A DNA stretch of 59,517 nucleotides from Candidatus Woesearchaeota archaeon (GTDB taxonomy: Archaea; Nanobdellota; Nanobdellia; SCGC-AAA011-G17; CAYFGV01), in assembly GCA_964342845.1 (NCBI GenBank), contig CAYFGV010000001.1:1-59517 (forward strand), written 5' to 3'. Below are positions 1 to 9,017 of this stretch, piece after piece. The notes under the pieces were generated by a model. It searched no databases. It had not been told where the DNA came from and saw nothing but the letters and a program-made list of their open reading frames with translations. A program made the translations under genes and the position numbers. How positions within the stretch are numbered: position 1 is the first letter of the stretch; each line of letters begins with the position of its first letter.

Positions 1-60
1 CCTAAATCTCAAATGATTGCTCACACAGCTTTTTTAAGTGTTTTTAGAAAAATAGAATAA
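1..60 (+). CDS. C-terminal fragment of tRNA (adenine-N1)-methyltransferase TrmI/GCD14-like protein (partial at window edge)
   Basis: Frame 1 reads PKSQMIAHTAFLSVFRKIE-stop. The HTaFL..fRK ending resembles the conserved C-terminus of TrmI/GCD14 (HTGFL..ARK). Only 19 codons are visible. Confidence 0.4.
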   Translation, partial: PKSQMIAHTAFLSVFRKIE

Positions 61-84
61 AGAGTTAATTTAATTGCTCTCTTA

Positions 85-561
85 TCATAAACGAGTAGAA
101 TCTATATCACTAAGTCTTTTTTTTATTCCCGTTAGTACCGAATGATATCTATTCTCTTTAACACTTCTATCCAATATAGTTTCTCCAATGACTGGTAGTT
201 CACTCTCTTTGTAAATCACATCCCCGATTAAAAATTCCCTTTCTCTTCTTGCTGTATGATATTTACTAACTGGTTCTACTTTAGAAGGATTTGCACAAGA
301 TTCCATAATTTTTTCCATTGCTTGGGTTTCTCTTCTTTCTAGATTAACAACATTTCCATGAGAATCAATAACTTCGCCAGCACGAACTTCAACTATCCTT
401 CCGCCATGATTATAAATTTCAACACCATTCTCTCTTGTTTCAACATAAGTCGGAATAAAATTTGAAAAATTGAGTATGGGCGTTACTATTCCTTGTCTTT
501 CTAAGAATTTAATTCTATCAGACATTTCAGTATCATTTATTTTTCTTGTTGGGTAATTCAT
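85..561 (-). CDS. hypothetical protein
   Basis: Long ORF. The track start at 639 is TTG; the first ATG (MNYPTRK...) is at 561. No recognisable motif. Confidence 0.5.
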   Translation of the reverse strand: MNYPTRKINDTEMSDRIKFLERQGIVTPILNFSNFIPTYVETRENGVEIYNHGGRIVEVRAGEVIDSHGNVVNLERRETQAMEKIMESCANPSKVEPVSKYHTARREREFLIGDVIYKESELPVIGETILDRSVKENRYHSVLTGIKKRLSDIDSTRL

Positions 562-677
562 CTTTAATACCTCTAAAATAAATACTTCATTATCCTTTAT
601 AAATCTTTCTATTTTAACTTTTCTATAGTAATAACACAATAATCTTTATATACAACTATTCTATCCAAATTTCTAAA

Positions 678-896
678 ATGAGTTCCAGATGGTACCAAGA
701 TCCATTAAGACTAAGCTATTATATTACTTTTATAAGTTCTTTTATCTCAGAATTAGAATCCTGTCCAAACAATGGGTTAGAAGGAGAACCTTACAAAGAA
801 CCTTTAGATAAAATAAATTCTACATACCAGAGAAGACATATACCAGCCCAACAAGAGTATCTGAATAGAAGAAGGGCAAGAAAGCCAAGAAAATAA
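678..896 (+). CDS. hypothetical small protein (72 aa) or short transcript
   Basis: ATG at 678 lies 26 nt downstream of TTTATATA (645-652), the same spacing as confirmed genes. The ORF ends just before the next TATA (902-909). Arg/Lys-rich C-terminus; amino-acid composition is atypical for this genome. Confidence 0.35.
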   Translation: MSSRWYQDPLRLSYYITFISSFISELESCPNNGLEGEPYKEPLDKINSTYQRRHIPAQQEYLNRRRARKPRK

Positions 897-932
897 AAAC
901 CTTTAATAACTAAAACATTTCTTCTAAAATTT

Positions 933-2723
933 ATGAAATCTTGCGTACCAGACACATCAGTAATTGTAGATAAATTAATCTCTAAATTAATAAAATCTGA
1001 AGAAATACCTAAACATATCTTAGTTCCAAATGCAGTTGTAGCAGAACTAGAAGCACAAGCAAACAGAAACAAAGAAACAGGCTTTCTAGGCTTAGAAGAA
1101 CTACAAACTTTACAAGAATTAAACAAAAATAAACAAATAAAATTAGAATTCATAGGTCCAAGGCCAACTCCAGATCAAATAAGATACGCAAAAGCAGGGG
1201 AAATAGACGCTTTAATAAGACAACTAGCTTATGACTACCAAGCAACCTTAATCACTGCAGATAAAGTCCAAAAAGAGTCAGCAAAAGCCTTTGGCTTAGA
1301 AGTTAAATTCATAGTAACAGAAACACCCAAAGAAAAACTAAAAATAGAACATTATTTTGACGAAACAACTATGTCTATCCATTTAAAAGAAGATTGCCTA
1401 CCAATAGCAAAAAAAGGTTCACCAGGAAACTGGGAAACAGCAGAACTAGCTAAAACGCCATTAACACAAGAACAACTTCAAGAATTTTCAAAAGATATCA
1501 TAGAAAAAGCAAAAATGGATCCAAAATCATTTATAGAGATCTCAAGACCAGGTTCCTCAGTCGTCCAATATAAAAACTACAGAATTGTTATTGTAAGAAA
1601 ACCAGTAGCAGATGGTTTAGAAATAACAGCAATAAGACCAATAAAGAAATTAACTTTAGAAGAATACAAAATACCTACAGAAATACTCACTAGAATAAAA
1701 ACAAAAGCACACGGAATCATCATAGCAGGAGAAACAGGCTCAGGAAAAACTACAATAGCTCAAGCAATAGCAGAAAATTATTCAAAATCTAAAAGGATTG
1801 TAAAAACAGTAGAATCTCCAAGAGACCTACAATTAGGAAATGAAATTACCCAATACTCTAAAAACTTCACATCTTCAGAAGAAATCCATGATATTTTATT
1901 CCTATCAAGACCAGACAATTTAATTTTCGATGAAATAAGAGATACACCTGATTTCAAATTATATATTGATTTAAGATTAGCAGGTTCAAACTGCATAGGT
2001 GTTCTACATTCAGCAGCACCAATAGACTCTATTCAAAGATTTATCTCAAGAATGGACACAGGAATGATTCCTTCTGTTTTAGACACTATCTTATTTATCG
2101 AAGCAGGAAAGATTCATACAGTTCTAACTTTAAAAATGAGAGTTAAAGTTCCTTCTGGAATGACAGAATCAGATTTAGCAAGACCAGTAGTAGAAGTCTT
2201 TGATTTTGTAAAAGATGAACTAATCTATGAAATATATTCTTATGGAGAAGAAACAGTAGTAGTTCCAGTTTCAGAACAAAATGCTTCACCTTTATCTAAA
2301 CTAGCTTCATTACAATTAGAAACACAACTAAGAGACTATGTTTCAGATGTAAAAGTTGAAATGGATAATACAGGAAGAGCAACTATTTATATTCCTGAAG
2401 ATGAAATCGCAAAAATAATTGGAAAAGGTGGAAAAAGAATAGAACAAATAGAAAAAGAATTAGGTGTTAGGTTAACAGTTAAAGAATTAAAAAGAGATAA
2501 AAAAACAAGTGATTTCACAGTTTCTGAAAAGAAAAAATTTATTATCTTCAAAACTTCAAGAACATTATCAGGAAAAACAGCAAGCATTCTAGTAAATAAC
2601 CAATTCTTATTATCCGCTATCATAAGTCCACAAGGGGATTTAAAAGTCAACAAAAAATCCCAAGCAGGAAAATCTTTATTATATGCTCTAGATCATAATG
2701 AAGAGATAGAATTAAGTTATTAG
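933..2723 (+). CDS. PIN-domain / PilT-like ATPase / KH-domain protein (COG1855-type archaeal ATPase)
   Basis: N-terminal PIN-like segment (PDTSVIVD...), Walker A GETGSGKTT, and a C-terminal KH-like IIGKGGKRIEQIEKELG. Confidence 0.8.
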   Translation: MKSCVPDTSVIVDKLISKLIKSEEIPKHILVPNAVVAELEAQANRNKETGFLGLEELQTLQELNKNKQIKLEFIGPRPTPDQIRYAKAGEIDALIRQLAYDYQATLITADKVQKESAKAFGLEVKFIVTETPKEKLKIEHYFDETTMSIHLKEDCLPIAKKGSPGNWETAELAKTPLTQEQLQEFSKDIIEKAKMDPKSFIEISRPGSSVVQYKNYRIVIVRKPVADGLEITAIRPIKKLTLEEYKIPTEILTRIKTKAHGIIIAGETGSGKTTIAQAIAENYSKSKRIVKTVESPRDLQLGNEITQYSKNFTSSEEIHDILFLSRPDNLIFDEIRDTPDFKLYIDLRLAGSNCIGVLHSAAPIDSIQRFISRMDTGMIPSVLDTILFIEAGKIHTVLTLKMRVKVPSGMTESDLARPVVEVFDFVKDELIYEIYSYGEETVVVPVSEQNASPLSKLASLQLETQLRDYVSDVKVEMDNTGRATIYIPEDEIAKIIGKGGKRIEQIEKELGVRLTVKELKRDKKTSDFTVSEKKKFIIFKTSRTLSGKTASILVNNQFLLSAIISPQGDLKVNKKSQAGKSLLYALDHNEEIELSY

Positions 2724-3233
2724 TTATTTTAAAAGTTTAAGTGTCCTCTTTTTACTAACATTGTATCTTTCTTCAGAAGGATCAACAAAAACAGGCATCC
2801 TAGAATCAATATATATCAAAAAACCATCGCCAGTTCTAACAAAATTTCCTTTATAAACATAAAGATCAATTACTAAAGACTTATTTTCTAAAAGCTTTTT
2901 TAAACCAATTTTAAACTTTCTATTTTTCTTTAAATCCACGTAATGTTTAAGTTCTTTTAAAGTATTTATCCTCCTTCCTTTAACATCTTCTTGAATTATT
3001 AATAATATCTCTTTTCCATTTAGATTAAATTTCTCAAATTTTGTTTTTGGCATATGTTTATCAAAATATTTATTTAGAATTTTAAAATACCTTCTATGGT
3101 TTTGATGATTTCCTAAGGAGTAAGATTGATATTCAAATAAAGGTTTTATCCAATATTTCTTATTATTAATAGACTTAGTAAAAATTCTATCTTTCCTAAT
3201 TGACTCTAATTCTTTTGGACTAAACATTAGCAT
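2724..3233 (-). CDS. hypothetical protein
   Basis: 169-aa ORF with ATG start. TTTATAAA at 3256-3263 lies 23 nt upstream. No confident domain. Confidence 0.5.
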   Translation of the reverse strand: MLMFSPKELESIRKDRIFTKSINNKKYWIKPLFEYQSYSLGNHQNHRRYFKILNKYFDKHMPKTKFEKFNLNGKEILLIIQEDVKGRRINTLKELKHYVDLKKNRKFKIGLKKLLENKSLVIDLYVYKGNFVRTGDGFLIYIDSRMPVFVDPSEERYNVSKKRTLKLLK

Positions 3234-3312
3234 CTAAGATAATTTATTTTATAATTTTATAAACTTAACTCTTTTCGATACATTTATATTCCCTTTTCTA
3301 AATTTATGGTCT

Positions 3313-4512
3313 ATGTTCAAAACAAATGAATTAAAATTTCTCTGGAAATTCTATCTAGTAAGCTTCTTACAACATCTATTCGGATTAGCAGCAATAATTT
3401 GGATTGTTTACTTTGCTCAAAAAGGATTCTCGTTCACAGAAATTAGCATCTCTTTAGCCATATTCTCTGCAGGAATTTTCTTATTTGAAGTTCCAACAGG
3501 AGTAATAGCCGATATCTTCGGAAGGAAAAAAAGTGTATTTCTTTCTTTTATCCTCTTAGCACTTCTCTCTTTATTAGCCCCTTTCATTGCTTCATTTTGG
3601 CAATTATGTATATTATATCTATTCTGGGCATTTTCATTAACACTTTCCTCAGGAGCTGATGAAGCCTGGGTAATTGACCATTTACATAAAAATAAAAGAA
3701 AAGACTTAGTTGACCAATATTATTCAAAATCTATAGCTATCAGCCAACTTGGATTGTTTTTAGCAGGGCTATTCTTAACTACTTTGTTATTCTTCTTTAA
3801 AGACTCAACAAACTTTTTAGCTTATGATAAACTATGGTTCGTTCAAGCCGTAGGAATGTTTATAGTAAGCTTAGTTGTGTTATCTATTCCAGAACATTTC
3901 AAAAAACAAAAAACAAAAATTAGCTTATTAAACACCTTACATTTCTCCAAGTCAGGATTCTCTTATATAAAAAATCACAAGACACTATCTAAAATATTTA
4001 TAACAATCTTAATTTTTAGTTTTGCATCATCTATATGGTTTTTCGCTTATCAACCTTTCTTACTTGACAGCGGATTCCAAATTAAAGATTTTGGTTGGGC
4101 AAGAAGCGTCGTAAGTGTGGGCGGAATACTTACAGCTTTATTTGCAGGATATCTTGTATCTAAATTTAAAAACAAACATATATTGCTTGGAGCAGCATTC
4201 TTATTTAGATTTTTACTAGCAACATCTATCTTATTTATTTTTGGTAAAGTTGCAGGTTTTATATTTTATTTCCTACTGTGGAATCATTCTTTGCTTATCT
4301 TCCCCATCTTAAATCCGCTTGTTCAAAGCTACATTCCATCAAAACAAAGAGCCACAATAGGTTCAATTAAATCAATGTTTGTCTCTGTTGGTGATATTTC
4401 AGCTTTAATCATTGCAGGGTTATTAGTAGACTCGTTAGGCACAACCCTTACGATCTTCATTTCAGGGTTATTTATTATTCCAATAATTTGGATATATTTT
4501 AAACTAAAATAA
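3313..4512 (+). CDS. MFS transporter
   Basis: About 12 hydrophobic segments. MFS motif A-like GVIADIFGRKKS between TM2 and TM3. TATA at 3283-3289, 24 nt upstream. Confidence 0.8.
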   Translation: MFKTNELKFLWKFYLVSFLQHLFGLAAIIWIVYFAQKGFSFTEISISLAIFSAGIFLFEVPTGVIADIFGRKKSVFLSFILLALLSLLAPFIASFWQLCILYLFWAFSLTLSSGADEAWVIDHLHKNKRKDLVDQYYSKSIAISQLGLFLAGLFLTTLLFFFKDSTNFLAYDKLWFVQAVGMFIVSLVVLSIPEHFKKQKTKISLLNTLHFSKSGFSYIKNHKTLSKIFITILIFSFASSIWFFAYQPFLLDSGFQIKDFGWARSVVSVGGILTALFAGYLVSKFKNKHILLGAAFLFRFLLATSILFIFGKVAGFIFYFLLWNHSLLIFPILNPLVQSYIPSKQRATIGSIKSMFVSVGDISALIIAGLLVDSLGTTLTIFISGLFIIPIIWIYFKLK

Positions 4513-4562
4513 ATCACAAAAATCAATAAAGATTTAAATCCCAAAATAACTAAAGAGCAAAT

Positions 4563-5300
4563 ATGTCAAAAAAAGAATTCTGGAAAGATTGGAAAAGAGT
4601 AACTAAACTAGAAAAAGAAGCAATAAAATCAATAAAAAAAGCAAAAAAAATCCTATTAGAAAATATCTCGAAAGAAAAAATTGTAGCTATTTACATAAAA
4701 GGAAGTTTTCCAAGAAGAGAAATGAATGAAAAAAGTGACGTAGATATAGTTCCAATAGTTAAAGATAACAAATTATTAAAAGAAATAATAAAATTAGATA
4801 AAGAAAACAGACACTTATACAAACCTTCTGAATTATTACCTTCCTCTTTATGGGAATTTAAACATAATAAAATTTATTTAAAAAGTAAAGATCCAAAAGG
4901 ACGTCCAGACGGATTTATCAGAGATTTAGATAAACATAAACTAATTTTTGGTAAACCCCTCAATCCACAAGAGTTTACTATTCGAAATGATAAAGAAAAG
5001 CTGAAAGGCATGATAAATGCGTTTAAAGAAATTTTTCTTCCATTTTACAAAGAAAAGAAGTTTGGCTTTTCTGAGATTGTTAAACAAGTTTTTTGGTTAA
5101 CTGAAAATGAACAAAAAGTCAAAGGAAAAAATCCGCCACATTCTTGGAAAGAATTAACAAAATCAATTAAAGACAAAAACCACATCATTCATCAAGCATA
5201 TGAATTTAGATTAAAACCAGCAAAAGATAAAAAACAAAGACAAGAATTTATTAAAAAACTAAAAACACACTTAAAAAACCTAGAAAAATTAACCGTCTAA
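4563..5300 (+). CDS. nucleotidyltransferase-domain protein (AadA/ANT-like)
   Basis: GS-x(n)-DxD NTase signature: IYIKGSFPRREMNEKSDVDIVPIV. TATA-like ATTTAAAT at 4532-4539, 24 nt upstream. Confidence 0.6.
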   Translation: MSKKEFWKDWKRVTKLEKEAIKSIKKAKKILLENISKEKIVAIYIKGSFPRREMNEKSDVDIVPIVKDNKLLKEIIKLDKENRHLYKPSELLPSSLWEFKHNKIYLKSKDPKGRPDGFIRDLDKHKLIFGKPLNPQEFTIRNDKEKLKGMINAFKEIFLPFYKEKKFGFSEIVKQVFWLTENEQKVKGKNPPHSWKELTKSIKDKNHIIHQAYEFRLKPAKDKKQRQEFIKKLKTHLKNLEKLTV

Positions 5301-5319
5301 TGTATATTTAACCAAAGCT

Positions 5320-5823
5320 TTATCCTTCTTTAATTATTTCTAATATCTTCTTTGCTGTTTTTTTGGGATTATTGTGGGAATTGTCAATTGCAACAGAATT
5401 TTTGAGATTACACTCTTTCCATTGTTTATTATATTCTAATGCTTTTTTAATATTCTTGAAACCACTATCTCTCGGGATAACTATTCTCTTTTGAAGTTCA
5501 TTTTCTTCAACCGTGAGGATTATTAGGATGAGCTTTTTTTTAGAAAAAATATTCATAAGCTTAACAATTTTATTATATTTTAAATCATTTACCAGAATAT
5601 TCTTGTAGTTGTTTTTTAAGTAATTTTTTATTATAAAAACAAGGTTCTGAAAAGCCATTAGTTCCTCTTTATCATTTGCCTTTTTCCAATACTGATCTAA
5701 ATGAAATTCTCTTAGATTACCAAAATCTATGCAAACATCATTCAATTTCTTTGATATAATATCTTGAATGGTAGTTTTACCACTACTCGGGGCCCCTCCG
5801 ATTATTATAATATCATACACCAT
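5320..5823 (-). CDS. P-loop NTPase / small-molecule kinase-like protein
   Basis: N-terminal Walker A IIIIGGAPSSGKTT. Size and layout resemble AAA_33/adenylate-kinase-like proteins. Confidence 0.6.
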   Translation of the reverse strand: MVYDIIIIGGAPSSGKTTIQDIISKKLNDVCIDFGNLREFHLDQYWKKANDKEELMAFQNLVFIIKNYLKNNYKNILVNDLKYNKIVKLMNIFSKKKLILIILTVEENELQKRIVIPRDSGFKNIKKALEYNKQWKECNLKNSVAIDNSHNNPKKTAKKILEIIKEG

Positions 5824-5911
5824 TAGTCTATTTTAGAATTAACTAGATTATAAAACTTACCAAAATTCTCTTTGAAATCTATAGATGCAACAATACAACC
5901 CTCTAAAAACC

Positions 5912-5919
5912 TTTATAAA
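5912..5919 (+). promoter_or_regulatory. archaeal TATA box for tRNA-Arg
   Basis: TTTATAAA ends 27 nt upstream of the mature tRNA 5' end at 5946. Confidence 0.6.
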
Positions 5920-5945
5920 CAAAAACCATCGTCTCTTTAACAAAT

Positions 5946-6021
5946 GGACCTGTAGCTCAGCTTGGATTAGAGCACAAGCCTCCTAAGCTTGGGGTCGCGG
6001 GTTCGAATCCCGTCAGGTCCG
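5946..6021 (+). tRNA. tRNA-Arg (anticodon CCU)
   Basis: Hand-folded cloverleaf: acceptor GGACCTG/CAGGTCC, D arm GCTC/GAGC, anticodon stem CAAGC/GCTTG with loop CTCCTAA, T arm GCGGG-TTCGAAT-CCCGT. No encoded CCA. Confidence 0.9.
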
Positions 6022-6028
6022 TTTTTTT
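6022..6028 (+). terminator. oligo-T archaeal terminator after tRNA-Arg
   Basis: Run of 7 T immediately after the discriminator base. Confidence 0.5.
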
Positions 6029-6053
6029 AAATAAGTAAAAAACCCTAAAATAA

Positions 6054-6356
6054 TTATTTATAATCCTCTTTCTCATTATCCTCTATAAATCCAAACATCT
6101 CTTTTTTCATCTTAGGATTTAATGAAACGTGCAATTCTCCTGTAGAGGGCTTTATCAAGAGAAAGCCATAATTAACCAATAATTTCATTGCCTTATTTAT
6201 TTGTCTCTTTCCTTTTGCACTCTCTTTAAGATAGCTAGGTAAACTTTTTACAACTCTTTTAAGTTCAGAATGAGCGCCACCCCATTTATCCATATTATTA
6301 AGCCTCTCTAACAACAACTTAGCAATAAGCTTAACTTGTTTATCCTCCATAACCAT
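6054..6356 (-). CDS. small conserved hypothetical protein (WGG...GELHVSLNP family, paralog at 19133-19399)
   Basis: 100-aa ORF. Clear paralogy with the 19.1 kb ORF (DKWGGAHSE.../...STGELHVSLNP versus TWGGKHTE.../...STGEIHVSLNP). Divergent from wHTH genes. Confidence 0.6.
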   Translation of the reverse strand: MVMEDKQVKLIAKLLLERLNNMDKWGGAHSELKRVVKSLPSYLKESAKGKRQINKAMKLLVNYGFLLIKPSTGELHVSLNPKMKKEMFGFIEDNEKEDYK

Positions 6357-6457
6357 AACTTATTTTAAATCATTTAAAAGCTTTCTACTTCTTCTCTAAT
6401 GAAACAATATTATACCATATCGAAAGATTTATAAATAAGTAATTCATACTACTTAAC

Positions 6458-6769
6458 ATGGAACAAACAAAATTTATTAAACATTTAGGAGACTCACCTG
6501 TAATAAGAATTCTAGATTTTTTAATTACTGGAAGAGATTTCGATTACTCTTTAAGTGATATAGCAAGAAATGCTGGAGTCTCATGGACAACACTACACAG
6601 AATATGGCCACAATTCATAAATAATAAGATAGTCATCCAAACAAGAAAAATTGGCCAAGCAAAACTTTTCCAACTTAACAACGAAAACAAAGTGGTACAA
6701 AACCTAGTTAAACTATACAAAACAATACTAAGATCAGACTTAAAGATAACACAAGAAATTAAAGTATGA
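6458..6769 (+). CDS. winged-helix DNA-binding protein (paralog family A/B/C)
   Basis: wHTH-like RILDFLITGRDFDYSLSDIARNAGVSWTTLHRIW...GQAKLFQLN. TTTATAAA at 6428-6435, 23 nt upstream. Confidence 0.65.
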   Translation: MEQTKFIKHLGDSPVIRILDFLITGRDFDYSLSDIARNAGVSWTTLHRIWPQFINNKIVIQTRKIGQAKLFQLNNENKVVQNLVKLYKTILRSDLKITQEIKV

Positions 6770-7080
6770 ACCCAAAATTAGAAGGAAACACAGTAAGAAA
6801 CAGAATATGGAACTTCTTAATAGTCCATTCAGAATTTGATTATTCAATGAAAGACATTGCTAAATTCTCAGAAATAAGCTACACAGCCTTAAAAGAAATC
6901 TGGAAAGAACTCATCAAAAGAGACATAGTAATACATACAAGAGATGTCGGAAAAGCTAAAATGTATAAATTAAACAGAGAAAACCCACAAGTAGAAAAAT
7001 TCGTTGAATTCTATTGGTCTGTCATAAACTCAGAAGCAGATAAAAAAATAAAAGAAGAAATCAAAATTCCTGCAGTATAA
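6766..7080 (+). CDS. winged-helix DNA-binding protein, tandem paralog
   Basis: Aligns with the preceding gene along its whole length (FDYSMKDIAKFSEISYTALKEIW...GKAKMYKLN). ATGA start/stop overlap with the upstream gene. Confidence 0.65.
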   Translation: MNPKLEGNTVRNRIWNFLIVHSEFDYSMKDIAKFSEISYTALKEIWKELIKRDIVIHTRDVGKAKMYKLNRENPQVEKFVEFYWSVINSEADKKIKEEIKIPAV

Positions 7081-7087
7081 ATTAAAA

Positions 7088-7231
7088 ATGAAAGAAATTA
7101 ACTATAAAAGATTACTAAAAGAAATAACAAAACTAAAAGGATCTTCAAAAAGAAAAACTACAAATGAACAATTACACAAAGCAGAAGAAAAAACATTTAA
7201 AATATTAGAAAAGAAATTCGGAATTAAATAA
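7088..7231 (+). CDS. possible 47-aa small ORF
   Basis: MKEINYKRLLKEITKLKGSSKRKTTNEQLHKAEEKTFKILEKKFGIK. It fills the gap between the wHTH pair and the convergent glycosyltransferase. No homology evidence. Confidence 0.25.
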   Translation: MKEINYKRLLKEITKLKGSSKRKTTNEQLHKAEEKTFKILEKKFGIK

Positions 7232-8347
7232 CTATTTCTTAAAAACCCTTTCAAAAACTTTACAAACACCTTCAGAAGTATTTTTCCAACTAAAACTAGT
7301 AGCAGTCTCCCTTGCACCAGAACCTAATTTTAAACGCAACTCATCATCACTCAACAGTTTCTCAATTTTCAAACTCAAATCTCTAACATCTCCTTTCTTA
7401 TACAACCTACAATTAAAACCTTCAATTAAATAATCTTTCATACCACCAACACCTGAACTAACAACAGCTAAACCGCAACTCATTGCTTCCAAAGTACTTA
7501 AAGAACTAGTCTCTGTATGAGAAGGCATCACATAAATATCAGCTGCCTGCAAATAAGGAACCACATTATCAACAAAACCAGTAATAACCACGCCCTCTTC
7601 AGAACTAAACTTTCTCTTCAAACTTTTCAAACCATCTCCAACAAACAACAACACAACATTTTCCAAACCCTTAAAAGCTTCAAACAAATCATCCAGATTC
7701 TTTTCCCTAGCTAAACGACCAACATAAACAATAACTTTTAAATTGCTATCAAAACCTAATCTCTCTTTAGCCTTAGCTTTGTCTCTAACTTGAATAAATT
7801 TATCAGAATCAACACCTAATGGAACAACACTAATTCTGGTTTTAACACCAATATTTTCTAGTTCCTCCTTAATTCCCTCAGAACTAACCAACAACTCATC
7901 AACTTTATTATAATACTTCTTAACTCTTTTCTTAATCAGCCATTTTAAAACAAACAAACCTCTTAAACCAACAGCACCAGTAAACAACTCCCAATCCATT
8001 GTATGAACAGTACAAATAACATTTTTCTTTAATTTTCTACAAATCTTAATAGTCTCCTTACCAATTGGCCCTAGAGCATGTACCCACACAACATCATTAT
8101 TTTTTACCCATTCTTTCAGCAAAGCTTTATCAACTTTAGCCAAGGTATAATCCCCATAACTAATCCTGCTTAATGGCATTCTAGCAACATCTACTTTATC
8201 AACAGCAAATTCTTTTGAACCATTGAAATCAGGAGCAATCACATCTACTTTATATTTTTCTTTCAAAAAAGGAATAACTTCATTCAACATAACAGAAACT
8301 CCGTCTACTCTTGGGAAAAAATTATCAGTTGCTATTAATAAGTTCAT
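7232..8347 (-). CDS. glycosyltransferase family 4 (GT-B, retaining)
   Basis: C-terminal GT1/GT4 signature PSHTETSSLSTLEAMSCGLAVVSSGVGG, plus an N-terminal Glyco_trans_4-like domain. Confidence 0.85.
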   Translation of the reverse strand: MNLLIATDNFFPRVDGVSVMLNEVIPFLKEKYKVDVIAPDFNGSKEFAVDKVDVARMPLSRISYGDYTLAKVDKALLKEWVKNNDVVWVHALGPIGKETIKICRKLKKNVICTVHTMDWELFTGAVGLRGLFVLKWLIKKRVKKYYNKVDELLVSSEGIKEELENIGVKTRISVVPLGVDSDKFIQVRDKAKAKERLGFDSNLKVIVYVGRLAREKNLDDLFEAFKGLENVVLLFVGDGLKSLKRKFSSEEGVVITGFVDNVVPYLQAADIYVMPSHTETSSLSTLEAMSCGLAVVSSGVGGMKDYLIEGFNCRLYKKGDVRDLSLKIEKLLSDDELRLKLGSGARETATSFSWKNTSEGVCKVFERVFKK

Positions 8348-8967
8348 TTTTCTTTATAAAACACCTCTGCATATTTACATTTATTAACATACCCATATAT
8401 TTTAGCCTTTAAGTAAATACTAGGTTTTAACTGAAACATAACCATCTTTTGACTTTTAAACATTTTTAAAGCTTTTAATTTTCTTCTAAAAGTTCCACTA
8501 ACATCTACAATCAACCTTGGTAAATTAGTTTTAATAACATTAATAGGATTCCACACACCAAAAGTATATAACTCTATTTTCTTATTATTTAAAACATTTT
8601 TAACAGTCTTGTAAACCGCTTGATGGTCTTTATGAGGATCAGAAGCAGAATGAGTAAATACTTTCTTAGGTTTATATTTCTTAATCAGTTTTTGAACTGT
8701 TTCAATCTGTTTTTTATCTTTACTATTAATTCTCATATCAGGAATTCCTAAATTAACAATTTCTCGAACACCTAAGAACTTCCCTGCTTTTTCAGCTTCT
8801 TTACCCCTTATATCTTTAATCAACTCTTTCTTTAACAATGGATCACTTCCTTCTCCAGAACTAAAAACTAAAACTACAACATTCTTTCCTTCTTTAGCAT
8901 ATTTATAGATAGACCCACCACAACCTAGTACAAAATCATCATCATGAGCCACACAGACTAATATCAT
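8344..8967 (-). CDS. PIG-L/LmbE family N-acetylglucosaminyl deacetylase
   Basis: AHDDD motif (VCVAHDDDFVLGCGG) and HKDH metal-binding motif. Overlaps the GT4 gene by 4 nt. TATA at 8989-8996, 22 nt upstream. Confidence 0.85.
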   Translation of the reverse strand: MILVCVAHDDDFVLGCGGSIYKYAKEGKNVVVLVFSSGEGSDPLLKKELIKDIRGKEAEKAGKFLGVREIVNLGIPDMRINSKDKKQIETVQKLIKKYKPKKVFTHSASDPHKDHQAVYKTVKNVLNNKKIELYTFGVWNPINVIKTNLPRLIVDVSGTFRRKLKALKMFKSQKMVMFQLKPSIYLKAKIYGYVNKCKYAEVFYKEK

Positions 8968-9017
8968 GAAAATAATAGAAAAATAGCTTTTATAAAACTA
9001 ATGGAAAAAGACTAAAA

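Noticed and set aside
791-1153. 120-aa minus-strand ORF overlapping the start of the PIN-ATPase-KH gene.
   Set aside because: It overlaps a strongly supported gene on the opposite strand, has a hydrophobic low-complexity translation, and lacks a TATA at the usual spacing.
7102-7317. 71-aa minus-strand ORF at the 3' end of the glycosyltransferase gene, and 7517-7714 on the plus strand.
   Set aside because: Both overlap the GT4 coding region or its terminus in alternative frames, and their translations have no protein-like features.
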